NCBI GenBank assembly: GCA_913052565.1 | Contig: CAJXFH010000004.1 | Span: forward strand, 1-51,410 | DNA from: an uncultured Gammaproteobacteria bacterium | GTDB taxonomy: Bacteria > Pseudomonadota > Gammaproteobacteria > Magnimaribacterales > TMED112 | DNA: 51,410 nucleotides | Direction: 5' to 3' | Shown here: in pieces, positions 9,303 through 21,129 of the stretch | Layout of the letters: every line of letters starts with the position of its first letter | Position numbering within the stretch: position 1 is the stretch's first letter | Position numbers and translations under genes: made by a program | The notes under the pieces: model-generated | Seen by the model: the letters and a program-made list of their open reading frames with translations, nothing else | Database searches by the model: none | Told to the model about the DNA's origin: nothing

Positions 9303-10485
9303 GTTCTAGATCTGCTATGGAGTCAACTATTTTTACATAGTTTTGATAAAACTCCCTGGATTCTCCATCTTCGTTGGTATATGGAGTTCTTACGCTTCCA
9401 TCGTCAAGACTTATTAGACCTATAGCCATCAAGAATCTTGAAACAGCAATTGCTCTATTTACGCTACCGAGGAATCTCAAGTAGCCAAGTGCACCCCACT
9501 GCTGAACATCACCTGGGCCAGGATAGTACTTAGTTATTCTTGTGAAAATGATGTCTCTTTCTTTATCAATGAATACAAATTGTCCAAACTTTCCGCTGGT
9601 ATTGTAAATTTTTGCATCATCATCGTATTTTGATATCCACCATTGCAAGCTATACCCTCTAGTATCACTGTGGCTCCATCCCATATCTGGTGTTTTGCCC
9701 CAATAAAGTTGTAAAGATTCATCTACATAATTTTTTGAAATTATTTGTTTGTCTCCCCACTTGCCATCCCTTGAAAACAGCAAGCCAAATTTAGAGTAAT
9801 CTCTGGCTGACATATCTAGACAACAATAGGTCATAGTATTGCCAGCTTCATCCTCCCACGCAGTATAATCAGTTAAGCCTATTTGGCTAAAAATTCTCTC
9901 TTCTATCAGTGTTTTCGCTGTTTTGCCGGTTGCCCCTTTGAGGATTTCCCCAATCATCATGGAATTAACATTGTTATATTGAAAAACCTCACCAGGAGGA
10001 TTCTCTACACCAACATTTTCCGCATACTTCAAGTGATCAGACTCAAAAAACATCATTTCGTGTTCATGCTCGGGGAATTCTAATCCACTTGTCATGTTAA
10101 GAATTTGTCTAATTGTTATGTTTTGTTTTTCATCTGTTCTGTAAGAGCTCACATATTTACTAACTGGATCATCTAAACTATCAATTTCACCTCTATCAAG
10201 AGAAATTCCTACAAGAGCAGCATAAAAACTTTTAGCTGTTGACCACGAAGTACCAAATGAATTCTTATCAAAACCTTCTGCATATTGTTCTTTAACGATA
10301 TATCCATCTCTAATTAACACTGCGCTCATTGTTGAATCATCTTCAAAAGACAACTCAAATAATCTTTCAATTTTTTCTTCATCAAGACCCACTTCAACAG
10401 CTTCGATTGATTGCCAGTCTGCACCCGGATAATAATCTTCAGAGAATGCAAAAATTGAAAATAAAAATAAAATAAGAACCCTCAT
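9292..10485 (-). CDS. Secreted beta-lactamase-family serine hydrolase (tandem paralogue)
   Basis: It has a signal peptide, SxxK (STAK), a Y-x-N motif (FQYNNVN) and a shared MTY..D block. AAGGAG sits upstream of the ATG. Confidence 0.8.
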   Translation of the reverse strand: MRVLILFLFSIFAFSEDYYPGADWQSIEAVEVGLDEEKIERLFELSFEDDSTMSAVLIRDGYIVKEQYAEGFDKNSFGTSWSTAKSFYAALVGISLDRGEIDSLDDPVSKYVSSYRTDEKQNITIRQILNMTSGLEFPEHEHEMMFFESDHLKYAENVGVENPPGEVFQYNNVNSMMIGEILKGATGKTAKTLIEERIFSQIGLTDYTAWEDEAGNTMTYCCLDMSARDYSKFGLLFSRDGKWGDKQIISKNYVDESLQLYWGKTPDMGWSHSDTRGYSLQWWISKYDDDAKIYNTSGKFGQFVFIDKERDIIFTRITKYYPGPGDVQQWGALGYLRFLGSVNRAIAVSRFLMAIGLISLDDGSVRTPYTNEDGESREFYQNYVKIVDSIADLELDD

Positions 10486-10580
10486 TAAAACTCCTTTTGA
10501 TAGATTTCTACTGGTAAAATAATATCATATGATCAAAGTTCATTTGGTATTTATACAAAAGAATCTTCATAAACAAAATC

Positions 10581-11144
10581 ATGAACCTATTTAAGATACA
10601 AAACTTAGATTATGAAATTGATGGCAGACAACTATTCAATGATTTTTCTAAAAATATTGATGCAACTAAAATCTATGAGGTTAGAGGCCCTAATGGCTCA
10701 GGAAAATCAACTCTTTTAAAAATTATTTCAGGTTTAATTGCTTCAAAAAGTGTTGATTTTTCAGAAGAAGCTCAGGACGAAGTGCTTTATCTGGGACATA
10801 AAAACGGATTTGTTGAAGAGATAAGTTTACGGGAAAATTTTAAAATTCTTGGTTTATCAACAACCGATGAATTATTTAGAAAATTTGGGCTGTTAAAGCT
10901 TAAAAATCAAAAATATTTCAATTTATCTTTTGGAGAAAAAAGAAAAGCAGCACTGATTAGAGTAATCAATTCAAATAGAAAAATCTGGATACTAGATGAA
11001 CCCTTTGCTGGTCTAGATGCAAAATCAATAAGTATTCTGAAAGAAATCTTCACTGGACACCTGTCTAATGGTGGTTGCATCGTAATTGCTAATCATCAAG
11101 AACCAATAGAACAGAGCGAAAAGATCATTTTGGAGGATCAATGA
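10581..11144 (+). CDS. ccmA: Cytochrome c maturation heme-exporter ATPase CcmA
   Basis: It has Walker A GPNGSGKST, the signature LSFGEKRK and Walker B ILDEP. It is the first gene of a ccm cluster. Confidence 0.8.
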   Translation: MNLFKIQNLDYEIDGRQLFNDFSKNIDATKIYEVRGPNGSGKSTLLKIISGLIASKSVDFSEEAQDEVLYLGHKNGFVEEISLRENFKILGLSTTDELFRKFGLLKLKNQKYFNLSFGEKRKAALIRVINSNRKIWILDEPFAGLDAKSISILKEIFTGHLSNGGCIVIANHQEPIEQSEKIILEDQ

Positions 11145-11755
11145 AAAAAGATTTGCTTAGAGAGTTTTCATTAATTTTTTTAATTCCAAAGAATATCTAC
11201 TTACCATTATCAGTTTTTGGAATAATTTTTTTGATATTTCTAATCTTAGATTTTGACCAATACCTCAACTATGCTAGCTCTTTTATTGCCTCATTTATAA
11301 CGGTTTTTATTATTTCAGAGAGCACTTTCAAAGAGGATTATCAAAATGGCTATATAGAACAAAGAATATGTGAGGGAAGGAGCTTAGTATCATATTTATT
11401 TGCCAAATATATCTCGAACCTTAGCTTAGTTTATCTACCAATGACTGCCATAGCTTTTCTAATAAACGGTTTTAGCGAGGGACCAGCATTAGAATTTACT
11501 TTTGCATATCTTGTAATGTTAAGTACTCTCTATTTCTTTTTTAATTTAGGAAGTGCAATTTCTTTGAGAAGAAACAACTCCCTCAATGCATTGTTGATTA
11601 TTCCGCTTTTAATACCATTTATTATCCTAGTTAAAGAGATTTTTGTAGATGTTTTGTTGGAGCCAAATCTCAATTTCTTAATGGCATATTTTGTTTTTTC
11701 TGCAACATTTGTTAACTACGCGATCTTACACATTTTAAGAATACAGAGTAAATAA
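11141..11755 (+). CDS. ccmB: Heme exporter permease CcmB
   Basis: It is a 204-aa polytopic membrane protein between ccmA and ccmC, joined to ccmA by a 4-nt ATGA overlap. Confidence 0.75.
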   Translation: MKKDLLREFSLIFLIPKNIYLPLSVFGIIFLIFLILDFDQYLNYASSFIASFITVFIISESTFKEDYQNGYIEQRICEGRSLVSYLFAKYISNLSLVYLPMTAIAFLINGFSEGPALEFTFAYLVMLSTLYFFFNLGSAISLRRNNSLNALLIIPLLIPFIILVKEIFVDVLLEPNLNFLMAYFVFSATFVNYAILHILRIQSK

Positions 11756-12486
11756 TGTACAAATACATAGCTAAATATTTTCTGCTGAACAAGGTATACA
11801 GTTTTGTAAGTAAAACTGCCTTTCCATCACTAGTAATAGGTCTGATAGGATTTGTTGCAGCAACATACTACGTGCTTTTTGTTTTGCCAGCTGATGCTGA
11901 ACAACAAGAAATTTACAGAATCTTATTTATTCATGTGCCATCAGCGATTCTTTCAGAACTAATTTATCTATTCTTAGCTGTAAATGGGTTTATATTTTTG
12001 GTTTGGCGCACAAAAGCATCTGCAATTTTTTTGAATTCAGCCATAAGTATTGGTCTGGTTTACACAGCTATTGTGCTAATTTCAGGCTCAATTTGGGGAA
12101 AACCTACTTGGGGAACTTATTGGGTATGGGATGCGAGGATAACTTCAACATTTATATTATTTATTCAATATGTCGGATTACTGGCTTTAAGATCTTCCTT
12201 TAGTTCAATTCAGACAACAGACCAAATCATAAGCATTGTTTCTATAATCGGTGCTGTGAATATACCCATAATTAAATTTTCAGTAAATTGGTGGAATACT
12301 CTTCATCAAAACGCCAGTATCACTGCATCAGGGAGTGCAATAGACGCTGAAATGATTTTAGGACTTCCATTTATGCTAGTGGCATTATTATTTATTTCTT
12401 ACAATATTTTTGCTCGAAATATACAGTATGAGATTCTCAATAGAACTGGTAAAACGTCAATGATTAGAGAGGTCATAAATGGATAG
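11755..12486 (+). CDS. ccmC: Heme exporter/heme lyase subunit CcmC
   Basis: It contains the WWD-type motif WGKPTWGTYWVWDARIT and multiple TM segments. Confidence 0.9.
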   Translation: MYKYIAKYFLLNKVYSFVSKTAFPSLVIGLIGFVAATYYVLFVLPADAEQQEIYRILFIHVPSAILSELIYLFLAVNGFIFLVWRTKASAIFLNSAISIGLVYTAIVLISGSIWGKPTWGTYWVWDARITSTFILFIQYVGLLALRSSFSSIQTTDQIISIVSIIGAVNIPIIKFSVNWWNTLHQNASITASGSAIDAEMILGLPFMLVALLFISYNIFARNIQYEILNRTGKTSMIREVING

Positions 12487-12607
12487 CATAGAAACTGTAA
12501 TTATGACGTTTTTTCTGTCAATTTTTTTTGTTTTAGTTTTATGTCTTAGTTCATATATAAGATATAGAAATAAACTACAAAATTGTCAGGAAGATTTTGA
12601 TGATTAG
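12479..12607 (+). CDS. ccmD: Heme exporter protein CcmD (42 aa, not in the supplied ORF track)
   Basis: ATG at 12479 overlaps the ccmC stop. The translation is MDSIETVIMTFFLSIFFVLVLCLSSYIRYRNKLQNCQEDFDD, with a single TM followed by a charged tail. The stop TAG at 12605-12607 overlaps the ccmE start. Position and architecture match CcmD. Confidence 0.6.
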   Translation: MDSIETVIMTFFLSIFFVLVLCLSSYIRYRNKLQNCQEDFDD

Positions 12608-13016
12608 AACAAATAGGCTTAACAAAATATATTTAATTTCAACATTCATTTTGTCCGTAGGACTCATTACCTTTTTTATTTTAAGAGCTCTGCAAGAAAA
12701 TATAGATTTGTATCTTACGCCCTCACAAATTGTGACAGGAGAATATGATATTAGTCAGGATTTTAGGCTCGGCGGGATGGTGAAGGAAAATAGTCTTGAA
12801 AAACTTGAGTCACTGGAAATTCAGTTCGTTGTAACAGATTTTCAGAATGAAATTGTGGTCAGGTATACAGGAATATTGCCTAATCTATTCAAAGAAAACA
12901 GTGGTGTTGTTGCATCAGGCTATTTAGATAAAAATTCTAACGAATTTATGGCTTATGAAATTCTTGCTAAACATGATGAAAGTTACATGCCAGTAAAGAT
13001 TGAGGTGGAAAATTAA
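12600..13016 (+). CDS. ccmE: Heme chaperone CcmE
   Basis: It has an N-terminal TM anchor and the heme-binding His motif LAKHDESYMP. The ATG is at 12600; the ORF track used a TTG at 12597. Confidence 0.9.
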   Translation: MIRTNRLNKIYLISTFILSVGLITFFILRALQENIDLYLTPSQIVTGEYDISQDFRLGGMVKENSLEKLESLEIQFVVTDFQNEIVVRYTGILPNLFKENSGVVASGYLDKNSNEFMAYEILAKHDESYMPVKIEVEN

Positions 13017-14856
13017 CATACAACCAGATTTCTTCGGAAATATTGTCCTCTCTTTTTCAGCTCTGTTGAGTGCTCTAATTTTTTTTCTCTCTCTGAAAAA
13101 AAACTATCTAAGCTTAAGTAATAAGCTTGTCTATGCGATGTGTGCAGTTTTATTGATATGTTGCTCATATCTTTCATACCAATTTCTCACAGATAACTTC
13201 TCATTTGTTTATGTATTTGAGAATTCAAATAAATTTTTGCCAACTTTTTATAAATTCTCAGCTTTTTGGTCTGCTCATGAGGGTTCATTCCTATTGATGA
13301 TATTGATAATGACATTGAGCATGGCGTTCAATAACTTTTTTTTCTGGGAAAAGAAATGGTTGCCACTTTCAAATGCAACCATAGCTTTTATAACTTTTTT
13401 CTATTTAATCTTCCTAATCTTTACATCTAATCCTTTTTTAACATTTGATGTAATGCCAAAAAATGGCACAGATTTAAATCCATTATTACAAGACCCACTT
13501 CTTGTAATTCATCCTCCTGTATTATTTTCAGGCTATGTTTTTTATGCAATTACATTTAGCCTTGTCATTGCTGGTATGTTCAAAGGTTTTGAGCAAGCTT
13601 TATTTAAAAATCTAAAGCTTTGGGCAGGCATATCTTGGTTCACTCTCACTTTAGGCATACTCTTGGGTTCAATCTGGGCTTACTACGAATTAGGCTGGGG
13701 TGGTTATTGGTTTTGGGATCCTGTTGAAAATGTAGCATTGTTGCCATGGCTAGCAGGAACAGCTTTTACTCACTCATTGGTATTTAGTCGAAATAAAATT
13801 TTGCTTTCTTGGATGGTATTTCTTGGAATAAGCGTTTTTCTTTTATCAATTTTAGGATCATTTATAGTGAGATCAGGGATTCTTAATAGTGTTCATTCGT
13901 TTGCCTCTGATCCATCAAGAGGAGTATTCCTTCTTAGTCTTTTTGCTCTTTTTTCATTTGCCTCAATTGCATTATTTTTTTCAAGAAGTGTTTTTTTGCA
14001 AAGCGATTGGCCTAAATTTCTGTCGAAACAATACCTCTTAGTTCTCAATAACCTTGTTTTACTGGTAATTTTACTAATAGTTTTCCTTGGCACCCTATAT
14101 CCTATTGCAACAGAAGTTTTTTACGGTCAAAAGTTAAGTATTGGACCGGATTATTTTTCTCAACTTATTACCCCTCTGGTCTTAATCCTAATTTGTTTAT
14201 TCAGTGTTGAGCAATTTCCGTCTTTATTGAGAGAGCACAGAAATGTTTTCTTCACATCAGCAATTGCTATAACAGCTGGAATCATAGCTTTGGAATTTCT
14301 AGATTTTAGCCCTATCAGCTTTAGTTTAATTTTCGTATTAGTTGCACTTGTAATTATGCTCCTAAGAGCAATAGCAGAGTTTTTTAAAACGAAAGAAGTT
14401 GCAATTATGCACAAAATTCTTGGACATTTTTCAGTTGTGCTTTTAACTTTTGCTGTCTTATTTAATCATCAATATTCAGAATCTGTCGATCTTAAATTAA
14501 AGCCAGGCCAATCAACAGAATTCGCTGACTCATCACTTGAATTTAAGTCAATTGAAATACTAGGCAAGGAAAACTTTGATACGGTAGTGGCGAATTTCTA
14601 TGTAAAAGATAAAAACTTTCAGGCTGATGTAATTTCTGAAAAAAGAGTATACAAAATTGGTGGAATTATTACTTCTGAAACAGGCATAGCGTCGTTTCCA
14701 ACAAAAGATTATCACATAGTCTTAGGAGATAGGTTTCAGGACGGATCGTGGTCTATTAGATACTCAATTAACTATGGCATTATGATGATTTGGGCCTCGT
14801 CTTTCTTGTTACTTTTCTCAATGCTTTATGGAACAATAAGAAGATATGGTTACTAG
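13000..14856 (+). CDS. ccmF: Cytochrome c-type biogenesis heme lyase CcmF
   Basis: It is a 618-aa polytopic protein with the WWD motif WGGYWFWDPVEN. The TTG start overlaps ccmE by 17 nt. Confidence 0.92.
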   Translation: MRWKINIQPDFFGNIVLSFSALLSALIFFLSLKKNYLSLSNKLVYAMCAVLLICCSYLSYQFLTDNFSFVYVFENSNKFLPTFYKFSAFWSAHEGSFLLMILIMTLSMAFNNFFFWEKKWLPLSNATIAFITFFYLIFLIFTSNPFLTFDVMPKNGTDLNPLLQDPLLVIHPPVLFSGYVFYAITFSLVIAGMFKGFEQALFKNLKLWAGISWFTLTLGILLGSIWAYYELGWGGYWFWDPVENVALLPWLAGTAFTHSLVFSRNKILLSWMVFLGISVFLLSILGSFIVRSGILNSVHSFASDPSRGVFLLSLFALFSFASIALFFSRSVFLQSDWPKFLSKQYLLVLNNLVLLVILLIVFLGTLYPIATEVFYGQKLSIGPDYFSQLITPLVLILICLFSVEQFPSLLREHRNVFFTSAIAITAGIIALEFLDFSPISFSLIFVLVALVIMLLRAIAEFFKTKEVAIMHKILGHFSVVLLTFAVLFNHQYSESVDLKLKPGQSTEFADSSLEFKSIEILGKENFDTVVANFYVKDKNFQADVISEKRVYKIGGIITSETGIASFPTKDYHIVLGDRFQDGSWSIRYSINYGIMMIWASSFLLLFSMLYGTIRRYGY

Positions 14857-15364
14857 GTTTTTTACAGTCGTAGTGCTTGTTCTTTTAATAACAATGTTAG
14901 GTATTTTTTCTTATTCACTTAATCAAAAATCAGCTCAACTGGAACTCATCAAAACTCAAGAAGGCAAGCAGCTTGCAATAGGTAAAGAAATTTATGATTT
15001 AGAAGGAAAAAAAATTGAAAAAGAATTTCTCACTGATGGAAAAGTCTTACTAAATGTATGGGCAAGTTGGTGCATTACCTGTCTTGTTGAACATCCTTTT
15101 TTAAAATCTATAACAGCCACTAAAGACGTAAAATTAGTGGGCATAAATTACAAAGATCAAATAAATAATGCCCAAAATTATTTAGAAAAAAATGGTGATC
15201 CTTATGTATTATCAATTTATGACTTATCGGGTGATTTTTCACTTAAATTAGGAGTTACTGGTGCTCCCGAAACGTTTTTAATAATTGATGGTGAAATAGT
15301 TAGTCACAGAATTGGTGAAGTTAATATTGATGTTTGGAATGAAAAATTTGCAAAATACTTTTAG
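14846..15364 (+). CDS. ccmG: Thiol:disulfide interchange protein CcmG/DsbE
   Basis: It has a TM anchor, the thioredoxin motif WASWCITC and GVTGAPETFLI. Confidence 0.88.
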   Translation: MVTRFFTVVVLVLLITMLGIFSYSLNQKSAQLELIKTQEGKQLAIGKEIYDLEGKKIEKEFLTDGKVLLNVWASWCITCLVEHPFLKSITATKDVKLVGINYKDQINNAQNYLEKNGDPYVLSIYDLSGDFSLKLGVTGAPETFLIIDGEIVSHRIGEVNIDVWNEKFAKYF

Positions 15365-15725
15365 ATTATTATTAATCCTCTCGCTCTCACTTACAGCCGA
15401 ACAGCTTTATGAGGGTTTAAATGAAGAACAACTTCAGCGCTTAACATATCTTTCTGATAATATTCGATGTCCAAAGTGCACATATGGCAACATAAGTAGT
15501 TCTAATGCCCCAATTTCAAAGGATTTAAAAGAAGAAATCGCGGAGCTAATTATTATCGGCTATTCAGATCAAGAAATATTTAACTTGATGGAGGATAGGT
15601 ATGGAGAGTATGTAATTTTAAAAACAGATCCAAGTAAGAATCGCTCACTATTTATAATTCCTTTAATTGTGTTACTTATATCTATATTGCTTATAAGCAC
15701 ATATACTATTAAAAAATCTAAATGA
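15339..15725 (+). CDS. ccmH: Cytochrome c-type biogenesis protein CcmH (short form, no CcmI/TPR part)
   Basis: It has a signal peptide (MKNLQNTFRLLLILSLSLTA), the motif LSDNIRCPKCTYGNISSSNAP (LRCxxC type) and a C-terminal TM. I prefer the ATG at 15339 to the TTG at 15312. Confidence 0.8.
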   Translation: MKNLQNTFRLLLILSLSLTAEQLYEGLNEEQLQRLTYLSDNIRCPKCTYGNISSSNAPISKDLKEEIAELIIIGYSDQEIFNLMEDRYGEYVILKTDPSKNRSLFIIPLIVLLISILLISTYTIKKSK

Positions 15726-17928
15726 GACTTAAAAGCTTAAAATTAGCCGGGTTTAAAAGTTTTGTTGACCCAATTGAAATTGATTTTCCTGGCATCATGT
15801 GTGGCATTGTCGGGCCCAATGGTTGCGGTAAATCAAATATTATAGATGCCATCAAATGGGTGAAAGGTGAGCTTTCTCCGAAAAGCTTGAGAAGTGAAAG
15901 TCTTCAAGATGTAATCTTCAATGGTTCAGATTCAAGAAAGCCTGTAAGTCATTGTTCTGTGGAGTTAGCTTTTGATAATTCAGAAAATTTTTTAGGAGGA
16001 GAATATCTCAAGTTCGATGAAGTGAGTGTGAAAAGAGAAATGGGTAGGGACGGACAATCCACTTATTTTATAAATAATGCTGTTGCTCGAAGAAGAGATG
16101 TCCAAGACCTTTTTCTCGGAACTGGTTTAGGTGGAAACAGTTATGCAATCATTGAGCAAGGAATTATCTCGAGCTTAGTAAGCGCAAAACCTGAAGAACT
16201 TCGCAGTTATGTTGAAGAAGCTGCGGGTATATCAAAATATAAAGAAAGAAAAAGAGAAACAGAATCAAGAATTAGAAGGACAGCAGAGAACATCTCGAGA
16301 TTAAAAGATCTCGAAGATGAAGTAAAAAGATCAATAAGAAGGTTAAATGCTGAGGCAAACCTTACCTCGAGGTACAAAAAACTTCGAACAAAAGAACAAG
16401 AATTTCAAAAATTTATCATAACCGATGATTTAAATTCTCTTTTAAAGTCTATGAATGCCTCACAGAAGGAAAACGATGATATCGATAAGGATCTTGAAAA
16501 GATTGATGGCGAGAGAGCGAAATTTGTTGCAAAGCGAGATGTTTTAAAAACAAGCTTAATGGAAGGCTTAAAGAAACTTGAAGATGAGCAAAGATTATTC
16601 TTTGAATCTGGCGCTAAAATTTCACTCATTGAAGAAAAGGAAAGAACAGTTAATCAAAGAATCGTTGATTTAACTGAAGAAGAGCAAAAAAATATTTCTA
16701 ACTTGGGCGAGCTATCAAAAGAACAAGCCTCATCTGAATCAGGCATGGATGAAATAGATGAACAAACACTTGAAAAGATCAATAAAGATACTGAATCAGT
16801 AATAAAGAAGCTTGAAAGTGATATTTCAACAAAAGATCAGGCTTTATTGCATAAATCCTTCCAAAATTTTTGGCAACAGGGGTATAAATTTGGGCAAGGG
16901 GAGAGTGGCGAGGCTGCAGAAAAAATAGAATCATTCAAAACCCAATTCAAGGAAAGAAATCAAGTAATTAAAGACGCTATTAAAAATTTAAACTCAGAGC
17001 TCGATGAAGAGAAAAGTGAATTAAGCAATCTGATTGAACTTAGAAAAAATCAAGAATTAAAAATAATTGAACTAAAAACAAATCAAGATAAATCGAATGA
17101 GGAGCTTAGAAAGTTTGAGTCAGAAATCACAAGACTTGAAACAGAAAAGGATCGAATTGTTCATGAAAGAAATGAAAAAGAATTAAACAAAAGAAGCATT
17201 GAAATTGAAGTCAAAGAAAAAGAGGAAAAATTAAAAAGCTTTGAAGATATAAAAGTAATTGAGGGTGAAAGGGATGAAATTGTTTCTGATCTCGAAAAGC
17301 TCCAAAAAAGAATTATGAACTTGGGGCCAATAAACTTTGCTGCTCCCGAAACTCTTGAAGCAGAGAAACAAAGAAAAGAAGTCTTGAGTGGCCAAATAGA
17401 AGAGCTAGAAATTTCACTGAGTAAACTAGATGAAGCAATTAAAAAAATTGATAGAGAATCGAATAAATCATTTCATGATTGCCTTAATTCAGTTAACAAA
17501 CATCTTGAAGAAATGTTTCCAAAACTTTTTGGTGGCGGTTTCTGTAAACTTGACCTTGTAGATAAATCAGAAGATTCAGGTTTGCTTTTGATGGCTAGGT
17601 TGCCTGGTAAGAAAAACACAAAATTGTCTCAACTTTCAGGAGGTGAAAAAGCATTAACAGCCCTCGCTCTGGTTTTCTCACTGTTCTCAATTAATCCAGC
17701 GCCATTTTGTCTCCTAGATGAGGTTGATGCACCACTAGATGATGAGAATACAGCTAGATTTATAAATTTAGTTAATGAAATGTCTGAAAAAGTTCAATTT
17801 ATATTTGTTACTCACAACAAAATCTCAATGGAAAAAAGCACACATCTGCTTGGTGTTACAATGCGAGATCTTGGTGTCTCCAAAGTTGTATCTGTTGACG
17901 TTGAACAGGCAATGGAGATGGCACAATC

Positions 17929-17932
<4 letters not shown>
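15722..17932 (+). CDS. smc: SMC-family chromosome segregation ATPase, unusually short (736 aa) and apparently hinge-less
   Basis: The N-head carries Walker A GPNGCGKSN (residues 31-39) and EEAAGISKYKERK (~165-177). The C-head carries NLGPINFAAPE (from ~533), the signature LSGGEKALTALALVF and Walker B CLLDEVDAPLDD. The gene sits in smc-zipA-ligA synteny. Confidence 0.75.

Positions 17933-21125
<3,193 letters not shown>

Positions 21126-21129
<4 letters not shown>

Noticed and set aside
10524-10533. A 10-bp perfect palindrome ATCATATGAT in the serine-hydrolase/ccmA divergent region, as a possible operator.
   Set aside because: Five-bp-arm palindromes are expected many times by chance in 51 kb of AT-rich sequence, and nothing else distinguishes this one.
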